The notes under the pieces were generated by a model that worked only from the letters and a program-made list of their open reading frames with translations, searched no databases and had not been told where the DNA came from. Shown one piece after another: positions 1-8,720 of a DNA stretch of 63,430 nucleotides. A program made the translations under genes and the position numbers. Position 1 is the first letter of the stretch. Each line of letters starts with the position of its first letter. The DNA comes from Abditibacteriaceae bacterium (GTDB taxonomy: Bacteria; Armatimonadota; Abditibacteriia; Abditibacteriales; Abditibacteriaceae): NCBI GenBank assembly GCA_031372065.1, contig JANMKN010000273.1, positions 1-63,430 on the forward strand, read 5' to 3'.

Positions 1-104
1 AACGCCAAGCTCAGCCGCCGCCGCAGGTAGCGACCAAGCTAAAATTACCCGACACGCTTTAATTTGCCAGAGCTTCGGCGGTCGGTTGCAGCGCCTTGTT
101 AGAC
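1..104 (-). other. attC site 1 (truncated at window edge)
   Basis: AAC...CAAGCTCAGCCGCC...GGCGGTCGGTTGCAGCGCCTTGTTAGAC. The R'' box GTCTAAC (minus strand) contains the stop codon of ORF 99..344. Confidence 0.92.
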
Positions 105-344
105 GGCGGTTGGTGACTTTTGCATCCAGTCCGAGAATTGATAGGCGGTGTCGCCAGCCGCGCCGTTCTCGATTTCATCGTTATCTTCCTGCTCTTGCGT
201 AATCACAAACGGGACGATAATTCCGTGTTTTTCGGCAAGGTCTTGAATTGTGCCGCCATCTTCCTCACCATCCCAACCCCAGCATCGCGTCCGAACAATG
301 GCGCGCACGAACTCTTTTAGCTTTTCGCTTTCGGCTTCTGTCAT
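99..344 (-). CDS. Cassette 1: small acidic hypothetical protein, phage-like (DGGTIQDLAEKHG)
   Basis: 81-aa ORF with AAGGAG RBS (351-356). Stop lies in attC1 R''. Cassette ends GTTAGACGGCGG (98) and CCGCCGTCTAAC (368-379) are complementary. Confidence 0.85.
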   Translation of the reverse strand: MTEAESEKLKEFVRAIVRTRCWGWDGEEDGGTIQDLAEKHGIIVPFVITQEQEDNDEIENGAAGDTAYQFSDWMQKSPTAV

Positions 345-372
345 TTGAATCTCCTTGCGGCAGCGCGCCGCC

Positions 373-473
373 GTCTAACGACTAAACTCAGCCGCCCAAA
401 CAGCGCGGCCACAAGTAATAATTACCCAAAACTAACGGGCGCTGTTTGGGTCGGTTGCAGTGCCTTGTTAGCT
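373..473 (-). other. attC site 2
   Basis: GTCTAAC...GTTAGCT, 101 bp, inner inverted repeat CCCAAACAGCGC/GCGCTGTTTGGG, conserved L boxes. Confidence 0.93.
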
Positions 474-767
474 TGCAGTTGTGAGCGTTTCGACTTCAAC
501 ATCCTCGCTTGTCACGCGTGCATTGATATTTATAAATGGCTCAACCTTCGAGCCGTTTATATGACCGTAACCCTCCGCAAAACCATCCCAACCGAAAAGA
601 TCGCGCGCTGCCATTTGAGCAATATGCTCTGCGTGTTCTTTAAGCGTTGTGAACGGATAAAACGATGCCCGAAATTCGGCCATGAATTTTTCGTCCATAC
701 TTTCATCGTCAATTTCGACTTGAACGACTGATGTTTGAATGACTTCGCACTCAAATTTATGAATCAT
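468..767 (-). CDS. Cassette 2: small acidic hypothetical protein, phage-like
   Basis: 99-aa ORF with GGGAGG RBS. Stop TAA lies in attC2 R''. Ends GTTAGCTTGCAG and CTGCAAGCTAAC are complementary. Confidence 0.85.
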   Translation of the reverse strand: MIHKFECEVIQTSVVQVEIDDESMDEKFMAEFRASFYPFTTLKEHAEHIAQMAARDLFGWDGFAEGYGHINGSKVEPFININARVTSEDVEVETLTTAS

Positions 768-801
768 AAACCTTCGACCTCCCTGAAAGCTGCGCGCTGC
801 A

Positions 802-893
802 AGCTAACGACCAAGCTCACCCGCCGCCGGAAGCGCAGCGAGGAGGAACGACGAGCGAAGATGTAGGCGGTCGGGTGCAGCGCCTTGTTAGGC
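802..893 (-). other. attC site 3
   Basis: AGCTAAC...GTTAGGC, 92 bp, same arm sequences as the other attCs. Confidence 0.93.
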
Positions 894-906
894 CGGTGTT
901 GATGCC

Positions 907-1470
907 TTACGACACCGGCCCGTATTTGATGTGCGTTACTTTCCAAGTTTTGCCCCTTCGTGTGAGTGTATAAGTATTGCTGGTGGCAAAGAGACCGCCG
1001 CCAAAGTAACCTCCTTTGGCTGTGACCTTGTTCCTGCTCAACCACCTGATGCTGGTGACTCTATAAATCAATCCTATATCTTTTGTCTGTTTATCTCTTA
1101 CCCACAAGCCGGAAGTTTTGGGGTCTGTGGATTTGGAATCAATGTAAGATTGGGAAACCCTTTTGATAGGCGGTTTGTGTCCTGCGAACCGCTTTAGCAA
1201 TTTGTCGCTTGGGTCTTTATCGTTTTCAACGGAAAGAAAATAGACCTTGAATGGATCAACATAATCTTTGGGCGCTTGAATTGGAGCAGGTTCTTTTACT
1301 TTCTTCTTCGGCTTCGCGCGAGACGGCAAAGGATACGGATGAAGCTGAAAACGGAATGCGGCTTCTCGAATATCGTCTTCTTGAATTACGCGCGAGGTTG
1401 GCGCAGCGTAAAGCGTGAAAGCACTTAACGAAAGTATGGTTACTGCGAGCAGTGTCGAGAGCCGAATCAT
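907..1470 (-). CDS. Cassette 3: secreted basic hypothetical protein
   Basis: ATG at 1470 (MIRLSTLLAVTILSLSAFTLYA signal peptide) with AGGAGG RBS at 1475-1480. 187 aa, Lys-rich. Confidence 0.85.
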   Translation of the reverse strand: MIRLSTLLAVTILSLSAFTLYAAPTSRVIQEDDIREAAFRFQLHPYPLPSRAKPKKKVKEPAPIQAPKDYVDPFKVYFLSVENDKDPSDKLLKRFAGHKPPIKRVSQSYIDSKSTDPKTSGLWVRDKQTKDIGLIYRVTSIRWLSRNKVTAKGGYFGGGLFATSNTYTLTRRGKTWKVTHIKYGPVS

Positions 1471-1489
1471 AGAACCTCCTGAACACCAT

Positions 1490-1969
1490 TTATTGTAGCA
1501 CACGCGACCAAGCCGCGCGCACCGGCCTAACAACTAAGCTCACCCGCCGCCCGCCGAATCGAGACCAAGTTGAGCGCAAGGCGACCACGCTCGAAAACCC
1601 GCCAAGCTGCGGGCGGTCGGGTGCAGCGCCTTGTTGGGCCGCTGTCAGGGAACCTTTTAATTCCCATGCCAAGTATTCGCGCTCCTTGCCGCCGACGATT
1701 TCTGTTTTGGAAGACCTAAACGAATTGACCAACGATTCTGTTATTCTGCCGCCGATTCGACCTGAATCATCGTAAACAACATAATCTCGACCCTCTTTCA
1801 AATCGTCTTTTACATCCTCATCTTCCACCCATAGAAAATTGAGTATTTTGTTTTCATAACTGATTTTACCTGACACGACACCATCCCACCTATCGCCTAA
1901 CTCAACGACAACAGCCACCAATTCTTCCAGTTCAAGTAATTTCGTTAATCCAATTTCAGGCTTGTTCAT
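1490..1969 (-). CDS. Cassette 4: acidic hypothetical protein whose frame reads through attC4
   Basis: ATG 1969 (MNKPEIG) with GGAGG RBS. AT-rich body. No stop before attC4 (R''=GCCCAAC), and the stop at 1490 lies inside cassette 3. Confidence 0.75.
   Translation of the reverse strand: MNKPEIGLTKLLELEELVAVVVELGDRWDGVVSGKISYENKILNFLWVEDEDVKDDLKEGRDYVVYDDSGRIGGRITESLVNSFRSSKTEIVGGKEREYLAWELKGSLTAAQQGAAPDRPQLGGFSSVVALRSTWSRFGGRRVSLVVRPVRAAWSRVLQ
1492..1500 (-). promoter_or_regulatory. Cassette-internal extended -10 promoter (TGcTACAAT) for cassette 3 gene
   Basis: Minus-strand TGCTACAAT about 20 nt upstream of the ATG, just upstream of the RBS. Confidence 0.5.
1525..1639 (-). other. attC site 4
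   Basis: GCCTAAC...GTTGGGC, 115 bp, closely similar to attC5 and attC6. Confidence 0.93.
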
Positions 1970-1999
1970 AAAATCTTGCCTCCTCGCTTTCGCGCAGCG

Positions 2000-2114
2000 G
2001 CCCAACGACCAAGCTCACCCGCCGCCCGCCAAATCGAGACCAAATTTGACTTAACGCGACCAAAAACGAGAACCAGCCAAACTGCGGGCGGTCGGGTGCA
2101 GCGCCTTGTTGGGC
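2000..2114 (-). other. attC site 5
   Basis: GCCCAAC...GTTGGGC, 115 bp. Confidence 0.93.
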
Positions 2115-2321
2115 AGCACTGAATTTGACGACGCGAACCGAGGCCCAAAAACCCGCGCCGACGCCGAAAAGCCGGCGCACCCGACAACCAAAACGCCGCG
2201 CTGAAACCCGCCAACGATGCGGACAAATGCACGCCGCCGACATGAAAAACCGCGAAAATGAGCCGAAATATGGCCGCCAGAAGCCCAAAAACGCTACCCA
2301 TCAAGCAAATCTCGCGTTGCG
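2115..2321 (-). other. Cassette 5: apparently ORF-less cassette (paralog of cassette 6)
   Basis: 207 bp between attC5 and attC6. No RBS-led ORF conserved with cassette 6. Confidence 0.7.
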
Positions 2322-2436
2322 GCCCAACGACTAAGCTCACCCGCCGCCCGCCAAATTACGACCAAGTTTGACACAAGGCGACCAAAAATGAGAACCAGCC
2401 AAGCTGCGGGCGGTCGGGTGCAGCGCCTTGTTGGGC
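2322..2436 (-). other. attC site 6
   Basis: GCCCAAC...GTTGGGC, 115 bp. Confidence 0.93.
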
Positions 2437-2641
2437 AGCATTGGGTTTGATGACGCGGCCCGATGCCCAAACGCTGCGCCGACGCCGAAAAGCCTCGCTC
2501 GCCACAAAACCAAAACGTATTGCTAAAACCCGCCAAAAGCGGACAAAAGCACGCCGCCGACACGAAAAGCGGGGAAAATGAGCCGAAATATCGCTGCCCG
2601 AAGCCCAGAAACCGCGCAGATGAAGGAAAGCTGGCGTTGCG
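2437..2641 (-). other. Cassette 6 (attI-proximal): apparently ORF-less cassette
   Basis: 205 bp, collinear with cassette 5 but with a 2-nt indel. Confidence 0.7.
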
Positions 2642-2662
2642 GCCCAACTATGTAATTAGACC
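2642..2662 (-). other. attI recombination site
   Basis: Minus strand GTCTAAT-TACATA-GTTGGGC: L-like box, spacer and GTTRRRY core with no attC hairpin, at the intI-proximal end of the array. Confidence 0.8.
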
Positions 2663-2840
2663 GACTTTTTTCCATATAACGTCTCCTTATGCGGTATTAT
2701 ACGGAAAATTGTCGGTTTTAGGGCGATTTTTGCGGTATTATCAGGAAAATATTCTGTAAAATGACGTTAATTAGGCGATTATATAGAATATTTTCCGTAT
2801 AGCGCGCCAAATTGCGGCCAATACGGAAATTTTTCCGGAT
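2658..2840. repeat. Five 20-bp imperfect palindromes (consensus ~ATACGGAAAATATTCCGTAT) at 41/41/41/40-bp spacing
   Basis: Units start at 2658, 2699, 2740, 2781 and 2821. Confidence 0.8.
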
Positions 2841-2854
2841 AACTCCGCTACTAC

Positions 2855-2863
2855 TGGTATAAT
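2855..2863 (+). promoter_or_regulatory. Extended -10 promoter of intI (TGgTATAAT), near-leaderless transcript
   Basis: Perfect TGnTATAAT ending 10 nt before ATG 2874. No SD sequence. Confidence 0.65.
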
Positions 2864-2873
2864 AGCGCCCAGT

Positions 2874-3902
2874 ATGAACGAAAACAATCAGACCTTTGAC
2901 CAAGATCAAACATTACAGGGGCCACTCCATCAGCAGAAAAAATTCACTTCACTCGATGATTTTTTGAGCGATTGTCAGGGCGTTATGCGTTTGCGACGCT
3001 TAAGTTTGCGCACCGAAGAATCGTATTTGTTCTACATCCGGCGCTTTATCAAATTTCATGGCAAGCGGCCCGATGTCATGGGCGTTAGCGAAGTCGAACA
3101 GTTTCTCACGTTTTTAGCTGCCGAAGAAAATGTCGCGGCTTCCACACAAAATGTCGCTTTTTCCGCGCTTTTGTTTTTGTATCGTCATGTTTTAGAGCAA
3201 CCTTTGCCGCCTCTCATTGCAGCCGTGCGCGCCAAACGACAGCGCCGCGCGCCGGTTGTGCTTTCCAAGCAAGAAGTGACGCTGCTTTTGGCTCACTTGC
3301 CCGCGCCGCACGACCTCATGGCCTCACTGCTTTATGGCTCCGGCTTACGTTTGATGGAACTTTTGCGCTTGCGCGTGAAAGATGTAGATTTCGAGCGCGG
3401 TTTGCTGGTTGTTTATCAGGGCAAAGGCGATAAAGATCGCCACACGCTTTTGCCAAATAGTCTGCGCGAGCCGTTGCGCCTTCATTTGCAAGAAACGCAT
3501 TTGCGCTGGCAACAAGCGCAAACCATCAAAAAGCTGCCGGTTTATATGCCCGGCGCTTTGGCGCGCAAATATCCGCAAGCGGCTTTTGAATGGGCATGGC
3601 AATGGGTTTTTCCGGCCTCGCAGTCGGCGCTCGACCCGCGCGATGGAAACGAAAAACGTCATCACTGGCGCGAAGATACTTTGCAAAAAGCCGTCAAAAA
3701 AGCTACGCGCGGAGCGGAAATTCATAAAAATGTCTCGCCCCACACGCTGCGCCATTCGTTTGCCACGCACCTTTTGGAAGATGGCTACGATATTCGCACC
3801 GTGCAGGAATTGCTCGGTCATCAAGACATCCGCACCACGCAAATTTACACTCACGTTATGAATCGCCCCGGTCTGGGCGTGCGCAGTCCGTTGGATAATT
3901 AA
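2874..3902 (+). CDS. intI: Integron integrase
   Basis: LLYGSGLR, KGDKDR, HTLRHSFATHLLEDGYDIRTVQELLGH..TTQIYTHV, plus the IntI-specific insertion (WAWQWVFPAS..DPR..RHH). Confidence 0.97.
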   Translation: MNENNQTFDQDQTLQGPLHQQKKFTSLDDFLSDCQGVMRLRRLSLRTEESYLFYIRRFIKFHGKRPDVMGVSEVEQFLTFLAAEENVAASTQNVAFSALLFLYRHVLEQPLPPLIAAVRAKRQRRAPVVLSKQEVTLLLAHLPAPHDLMASLLYGSGLRLMELLRLRVKDVDFERGLLVVYQGKGDKDRHTLLPNSLREPLRLHLQETHLRWQQAQTIKKLPVYMPGALARKYPQAAFEWAWQWVFPASQSALDPRDGNEKRHHWREDTLQKAVKKATRGAEIHKNVSPHTLRHSFATHLLEDGYDIRTVQELLGHQDIRTTQIYTHVMNRPGLGVRSPLDN

Positions 3903-3920
3903 AATTGTCGAAAGCAATCC

Positions 3921-6197
3921 ATGAAACCATTTTTATTCGGCGCCTTAGCGCTTTTGGCATCTGCAACTTTGCCCGTTTTGGCCCAAAATCAACATCCTGC
4001 GCTGCCACTTTTGCGCGTGCCGCAGGGCGCGGGCATCAATATTCATTTCACCGACCCGCAGCCCGGCGAGATGAAAATGTTGGCCGACGGCTATCGTTTT
4101 GTGCGCATGGATTTTTCGTGGGGCGGCACCGAAAAGGAAAAGGGCGTTTACGATTTTTCGGCGTATGATCGCTTGCTCAAATCGTGCGATGAACATAAAG
4201 TCCGCGCGCTGTTTATTCTCGATTACGGCAATAATCTTTACGACGATGGCCTATCGCCGCACACGGACGAAGGCCGCGCCGCTATGGGAAAATGGGCCGC
4301 CGCTGCCGTGACGCATTTCAAAGGACGCGGCGTGCTGTGGGAAATGTTCAACGAGCCAAATATCGGCTTTTGGAAGCCCAAACCCAATGTGAACGACTAC
4401 ATTTTGATGGACAAGGCCGTGGCCGCTGCGATTCGACAGGCCGCGCCGGGCGAATGCTATTTCGGCGCTGCGACTTCGACGATTGATATGAAGTTTCTCG
4501 AAGCCTGTTTTCAAAGTGGCGCGCTCGAACGCTGGGACGCGGTTTCGGTGCATCCTTATCGGCAAAATGACCCCGAAACCGTTGCTGGCGAATATCGCAA
4601 TTTGCGAATGCTCATTGAGCGCTACAAGCCGAAAAATAAAGTCGTTCCGATTATTTCCGGCGAATGGGGCTATTCGACAGCGTGGGACAAATTCAATTAC
4701 GAGCGCCAAGGCAAATATCTACCGCGTCAATGGATGACGAATTTGATGAACGATGTGCCTATTTCTATCTTTTACGACTGGCACGATGACGGAGTTGACC
4801 CCAAAGAATCGGAGCATCATTTCGGCACCGTCGAAAACCAAACCTTTGCGGGCCGTGACCCGATTTACAATCCGAAACCCAGTTACACCGCTGCCAAAAC
4901 CTTAACTCATTTTTTCGACGGCTACGATTTCAACAAGCGCTTGGCGCTCGTTTCGCCGGACGATTATTTATTGCTTTTCACCAAAGGCGCCAGCCTAAAA
5001 CTCGCGGTTTGGACGACCAAAGAAGCGCATGAAATCACAGTTCCAGCTTCGGCGGGCAGATTTCGCGTGACCGATTATTTGGGCGCCACGCAACCGGAAA
5101 TGACAGCCGTAACCGGCGGCTTAAAATTGCAAATCAGCGACGGGCCGCTGTATTTGGAGCCGACAGTTTCCAACACGATTTTGCGTAGTGCCGCGACGTG
5201 GGCGCGTGTGCCCTTGGATATGTTTGTCAAAGCGCCAAACAGAGTAAAAACAGGCGGATTTTCGTTGATAACTGATCGCACAGGAAACCAAATACCTATC
5301 GCCCAAATCAAAGAGGTTTTGGTCACACGCAACTCATCAAATCAAATGGTGCGGCGCTTCAAGTGGGTTGAAGGTGTCACTCTTAGACAAACCAGCGAAG
5401 CCGTCGTTACCAATCCGTTGCGGCTAACGCTATCGCCCGCCGGACAAAATCTTGTGGTCAAGGTGGAAAACCCATCTGGCGAGGCCCTGTCGGGGCGCAT
5501 AGTCGGCAATTACAATGAGCCGCAAAACATCGTTTTCAATACGGGCGAAACCGAAAAAACCGTATCGCTGCGTGGTGCGCAGGCTACAGGATTCAGCGGT
5601 GGATGGGAAACGAAAGTGCGTTTCGAAGGCACGGATCCACTGGATGTCGTTGAAGAAAAACGCGGTTTTTCTCCGATTTGGCAAATGCACGTTCTCAATG
5701 AAGTATCGCTGCCCAAAGATTACAAAATTACTCCCGATGGGGATGCCAAAATCGAATCCGAGCAAACGCTTTCAGTGGAACAACCCGCTGAAGGCCCATC
5801 GCCCGCCGACGGCCCATCCTTGAGACTGACTTATCGCTTCGCGCCCGGCTGGAAGTTCGCCAATTTACAGCCAATGAACAAAAGTATTCAGAAAATGGCG
5901 GCTCAAGCCAAAGCGCTTGGAATGTGGATTTACGGCGATAATTCGGGCAATGTTTTGCGAATGCGCTACCGCGATGCGGGCGGGCAAACGTTTCAACCCA
6001 ACGGCACGAGCGTCAACTGGCAAGGCTGGAAATATTTCGAGTTTCCTCTTGATGGCAGCGGCGGTCATTGGGGCGGCGCCGCAGACGGCAAACTGCACTA
6101 CCCGCTTCAACTGGAATCGCTGCTCATTTTCGATTCCATCAAAAGCGAAAACAATCGCGGCGCCATCTACCTGAGCGCGCCAATGTGGATTTATTGA
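3921..6197 (+). CDS. Secreted clan-A glycoside hydrolase (GH5/GH39-like) with C-terminal carbohydrate-binding-like domain
   Basis: Signal peptide, WEMFNEPN acid/base motif, SVHPY, ISGEWGY nucleophile, C-terminal LGMWIYGDNSG/VNWQGWK. Confidence 0.8.
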   Translation: MKPFLFGALALLASATLPVLAQNQHPALPLLRVPQGAGINIHFTDPQPGEMKMLADGYRFVRMDFSWGGTEKEKGVYDFSAYDRLLKSCDEHKVRALFILDYGNNLYDDGLSPHTDEGRAAMGKWAAAAVTHFKGRGVLWEMFNEPNIGFWKPKPNVNDYILMDKAVAAAIRQAAPGECYFGAATSTIDMKFLEACFQSGALERWDAVSVHPYRQNDPETVAGEYRNLRMLIERYKPKNKVVPIISGEWGYSTAWDKFNYERQGKYLPRQWMTNLMNDVPISIFYDWHDDGVDPKESEHHFGTVENQTFAGRDPIYNPKPSYTAAKTLTHFFDGYDFNKRLALVSPDDYLLLFTKGASLKLAVWTTKEAHEITVPASAGRFRVTDYLGATQPEMTAVTGGLKLQISDGPLYLEPTVSNTILRSAATWARVPLDMFVKAPNRVKTGGFSLITDRTGNQIPIAQIKEVLVTRNSSNQMVRRFKWVEGVTLRQTSEAVVTNPLRLTLSPAGQNLVVKVENPSGEALSGRIVGNYNEPQNIVFNTGETEKTVSLRGAQATGFSGGWETKVRFEGTDPLDVVEEKRGFSPIWQMHVLNEVSLPKDYKITPDGDAKIESEQTLSVEQPAEGPSPADGPSLRLTYRFAPGWKFANLQPMNKSIQKMAAQAKALGMWIYGDNSGNVLRMRYRDAGGQTFQPNGTSVNWQGWKYFEFPLDGSGGHWGGAADGKLHYPLQLESLLIFDSIKSENNRGAIYLSAPMWIY

Positions 6198-6200
6198 GAG

Positions 6201-6238
6201 TGCAAAACTCTTCCGTTGACCAACGGAGGCGTTTTGCA
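6201..6238. terminator. Hairpin between convergent genes
   Basis: TGCAAAAC..TCCGTTG-ac-CAACGGA..GTTTTGCA. Confidence 0.6.
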
Positions 6239-6282
6239 GAGCTTTTTCACACCAAAAAGCCTAAAAATCCCGATTTTTGGCC

Positions 6283-7092
6283 TTAATTGGCCTGCCAAAC
6301 CAGCGGAAAGTGTTTGCCGCACACCGTTTCGCCGTGCTTTGCTTCGACAAACGGTTTCATCGGATGCGAACCATTTTGATCAAATACGGCGCGCTCTGTC
6401 ATGAAATGCAAGGCGATGGCGCGGCGCGGACGGCCTGATTTGTTGGCTTGTGAGCCGTGCCACGTCAACGGATGATGAAAATGCACCGCGCCTTTTTCGA
6501 CAGGACACAAGCGCACTTCGAGAGATTTATCTTCAAACGCTGCGGGCATCGCCTCGAAATCTTTGAGCGAATGCAGCACGCTGATTTTATCGCCCCAGCG
6601 ATGCGAACCCGGCACCATGCTCATGCAGCCGTTGTCGGCAGCGGCGTCGTCCAAAGCCACCCACGCCGTCAGTTGCACATCTTTGGGCGTGAGAATCGGC
6701 CAGTAAGGTGAATCCTGATGCCACATATTCACGCCGCCAATCGCTGCCGGCTTGTATTGAATTTGGTCGTGAAACAAGCGAATCTCGCGCGCCTGCATTT
6801 CGGCTTGCATCAACTGCGCAATTTCTTCGACAATCAGCGAATTATGCAGCAGATTTTTAAAGGCTTCTGAGCCTTCCCAAATGTTGACGATTTGCCAGAC
6901 CGGAGCCTCGGCTTTGCCCGATAAATTCGCCACACGCACCGGTTTTTTCTCGCGTTCGATGCCGTTTTGATAATCGTCAATCACGCGCAATGTTTCGGCG
7001 CGCAAAATTTCCACTTCGTCGTCGTTCAAAACGCGCGAACCTTTTAAAAATCCATCGCGCCCAAACTGTTCAATCTGTGCCGGAGAAAGCAT
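6283..7092 (-). CDS. Phytanoyl-CoA dioxygenase (PhyH) family Fe(II)/2OG dioxygenase
   Basis: WHQD, WVALDDA..NGCM..PGSH, WHGS..N.S..RRA motifs. Confidence 0.9.
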   Translation of the reverse strand: MLSPAQIEQFGRDGFLKGSRVLNDDEVEILRAETLRVIDDYQNGIEREKKPVRVANLSGKAEAPVWQIVNIWEGSEAFKNLLHNSLIVEEIAQLMQAEMQAREIRLFHDQIQYKPAAIGGVNMWHQDSPYWPILTPKDVQLTAWVALDDAAADNGCMSMVPGSHRWGDKISVLHSLKDFEAMPAAFEDKSLEVRLCPVEKGAVHFHHPLTWHGSQANKSGRPRRAIALHFMTERAVFDQNGSHPMKPFVEAKHGETVCGKHFPLVWQAN

Positions 7093-7121
7093 AAAATAAC
7101 CTTTTGTAGCGGCCAACTTTC

Positions 7122-8720
7122 TTAATGCACCACATAAGTCGCCTGCGGGTTGTCGCTGGTGTGGCGGCGGACGCGGCCTGAAACTTCAAGATGGCGCAGG
7201 ATATGAAAAATCGTTTCGACTTCGCCGGAAACGTGCAACTGTGCGGCGATTTCATCGGCGCGCAGTTCCGAACCGGGCTGTCCATGCAACAATTCCAAAA
7301 CGCGTGCTTGCAACGAGATAATATCTTGCGCGGCGACTTTTCCGGCTTCGACGCCCGGCTGATGATACGCATTGATTTCGATCAAACTCGCGTAAAAGCC
7401 CACGGCGCGTTCGTAAAGTGCGATAAGGCGACCCACTGTTTGCGCGTCCACTTGGCGCACCGTAATCGTCAAACTTTCGCGCCCATTTTCGTATAAGGCG
7501 CGGCGCGTGCCGTGCAGAAAACCAAACAAATAATCGCCACTCGTCACGCCCGATTCGACTTGCAGCGGTTCACCATCGCGCGTTTTTAAAACTTCGATGA
7601 ACGTTGCGAAAAAGTTGTTGATGCCATCGCGCAACTGCTGCACATAAGCGTGCTGATCGGTGGAGCCTTTGTTGCCGTAAACCGCGATGCCTTGATGCAC
7701 GGTGCGGCCTTGCAGGTCTTTTTCCTTGCCCAGCGATTCCATAATCAACTGTTGCAAATAACGCGAAAAAAGTTCGAGGCGATCTTTGTAAGGCAAAATT
7801 ACCATGTCTTTGCGGCCCGCGCCGCCCGTGGCGTGAAACCACATCGCCGCCAAAAGCGCGGCGGGATTTTGCAGGGTGTCGCGGCGACGTGTGGCTTCGT
7901 CCATTTGAGCGGCGCCTTCTAAAAACGCATCTACGTCGAAGCCTTGCAAAAGCGCCGGCAGCAAACCGACAGCGCTGGTAACGCTGGTGCGCCCGCCCAC
8001 CCAATCCCACATCGGAAAACTCGCCAGCCAGCGCTCGTTGACAGCGACTTTATCGAGTTGACTGCCCTCGCCGGTAATCGCCACGGCATGATTTCCAAAA
8101 TGCAAGCCCATTTCGTGATAAGCGGCCTGCGCTTCGAGCATTCCGTTGCGCGTTTCCTTGGTGCCGCCGCTCTTGCTAATGACGACAACCAAAGTTGTTT
8201 TCAAGCCTTCGCCGATTTGCGCCAGCACGCGCTCTATGCCATCGGGATCGGTGTTGTCGAAAAAATACGGCGTCATTTTGTCTTCGCGGGGCTGCGAAAG
8301 CGCGTGCGCCACGAATTGCGGCCCCAAAGCGCTGCCGCCAATGCCAACAATCAGCACGTTTTCAAATTTGCCACCGCGTTGCGGCGTGATTTCGCCTTCG
8401 TGAATCTGCGCAGCGAAGTTTTTGAGATTCTCAAGCGTATCGGTAATTTCCTGCCTCAAATCGGCGGGCGCCAATTGTGGGGCACGCAGCCAATAATGGC
8501 CGACCATGCGATTCTCGTCGGGGTTGGCAATGGCGCCTTTTTCCAATTGTGCCATCGCTTCGTAGGCTTTTTGCAGACGCGGCTCCAGTGACGAGAAAAA
8601 ATTCTCGCCAAAATTCATCCGCGAAATGTCGAGGCTCATTTCCAGAGCATCTTCAAGAAACAAGTATTTTTGGTAACGTTGCCAGAGTTGTAAATCGTTG
8701 GACATTTCAGTTTTTAGCAT
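7122..8720 (-). CDS. pgi: Glucose-6-phosphate isomerase
   Basis: [45 protein letters not shown]. Confidence 0.97.
   Translation of the reverse strand: MLKTEMSNDLQLWQRYQKYLFLEDALEMSLDISRMNFGENFFSSLEPRLQKAYEAMAQLEKGAIANPDENRMVGHYWLRAPQLAPADLRQEITDTLENLKNFAAQIHEGEITPQRGGKFENVLIVGIGGSALGPQFVAHALSQPREDKMTPYFFDNTDPDGIERVLAQIGEGLKTTLVVVISKSGGTKETRNGMLEAQAAYHEMGLHFGNHAVAITGEGSQLDKVAVNERWLASFPMWDWVGGRTSVTSAVGLLPALLQGFDVDAFLEGAAQMDEATRRRDTLQNPAALLAAMWFHATGGAGRKDMVILPYKDRLELFSRYLQQLIMESLGKEKDLQGRTVHQGIAVYGNKGSTDQHAYVQQLRDGINNFFATFIEVLKTRDGEPLQVESGVTSGDYLFGFLHGTRRALYENGRESLTITVRQVDAQTVGRLIALYERAVGFYASLIEINAYHQPGVEAGKVAAQDIISLQARVLELLHGQPGSELRADEIAAQLHVSGEVETIFHILRHLEVSGRVRRHTSDNPQATYVVH

Larger units (their letters stand above)
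1..3902. mobile_element. Integron: intI + attI + array of at least 6 cassettes (truncated at window start)
   Basis: IntI-type tyrosine recombinase divergent from six attC-like imperfect palindromes that alternate with short minus-strand cassettes. Each cassette has complementary ends. Confidence 0.97.

Noticed and set aside
1..2648. attC repeats as a CRISPR array
   Set aside because: Repeats are 92-115 bp with gene-sized spacers next to intI, and no cas genes are present.
1956..2759. ORFs 1956-2288, 1966-2340, 2125-2334, 2294-2647 and 2463-2759
   Set aside because: They cross attC/attI, lack an RBS, and their frames are not conserved between the paralogous cassettes.
2649..2873. Canonical LexA box upstream of intI
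   Set aside because: Neither CTGT-N8-ACAG nor GAAC-N4-GTTC is visible.
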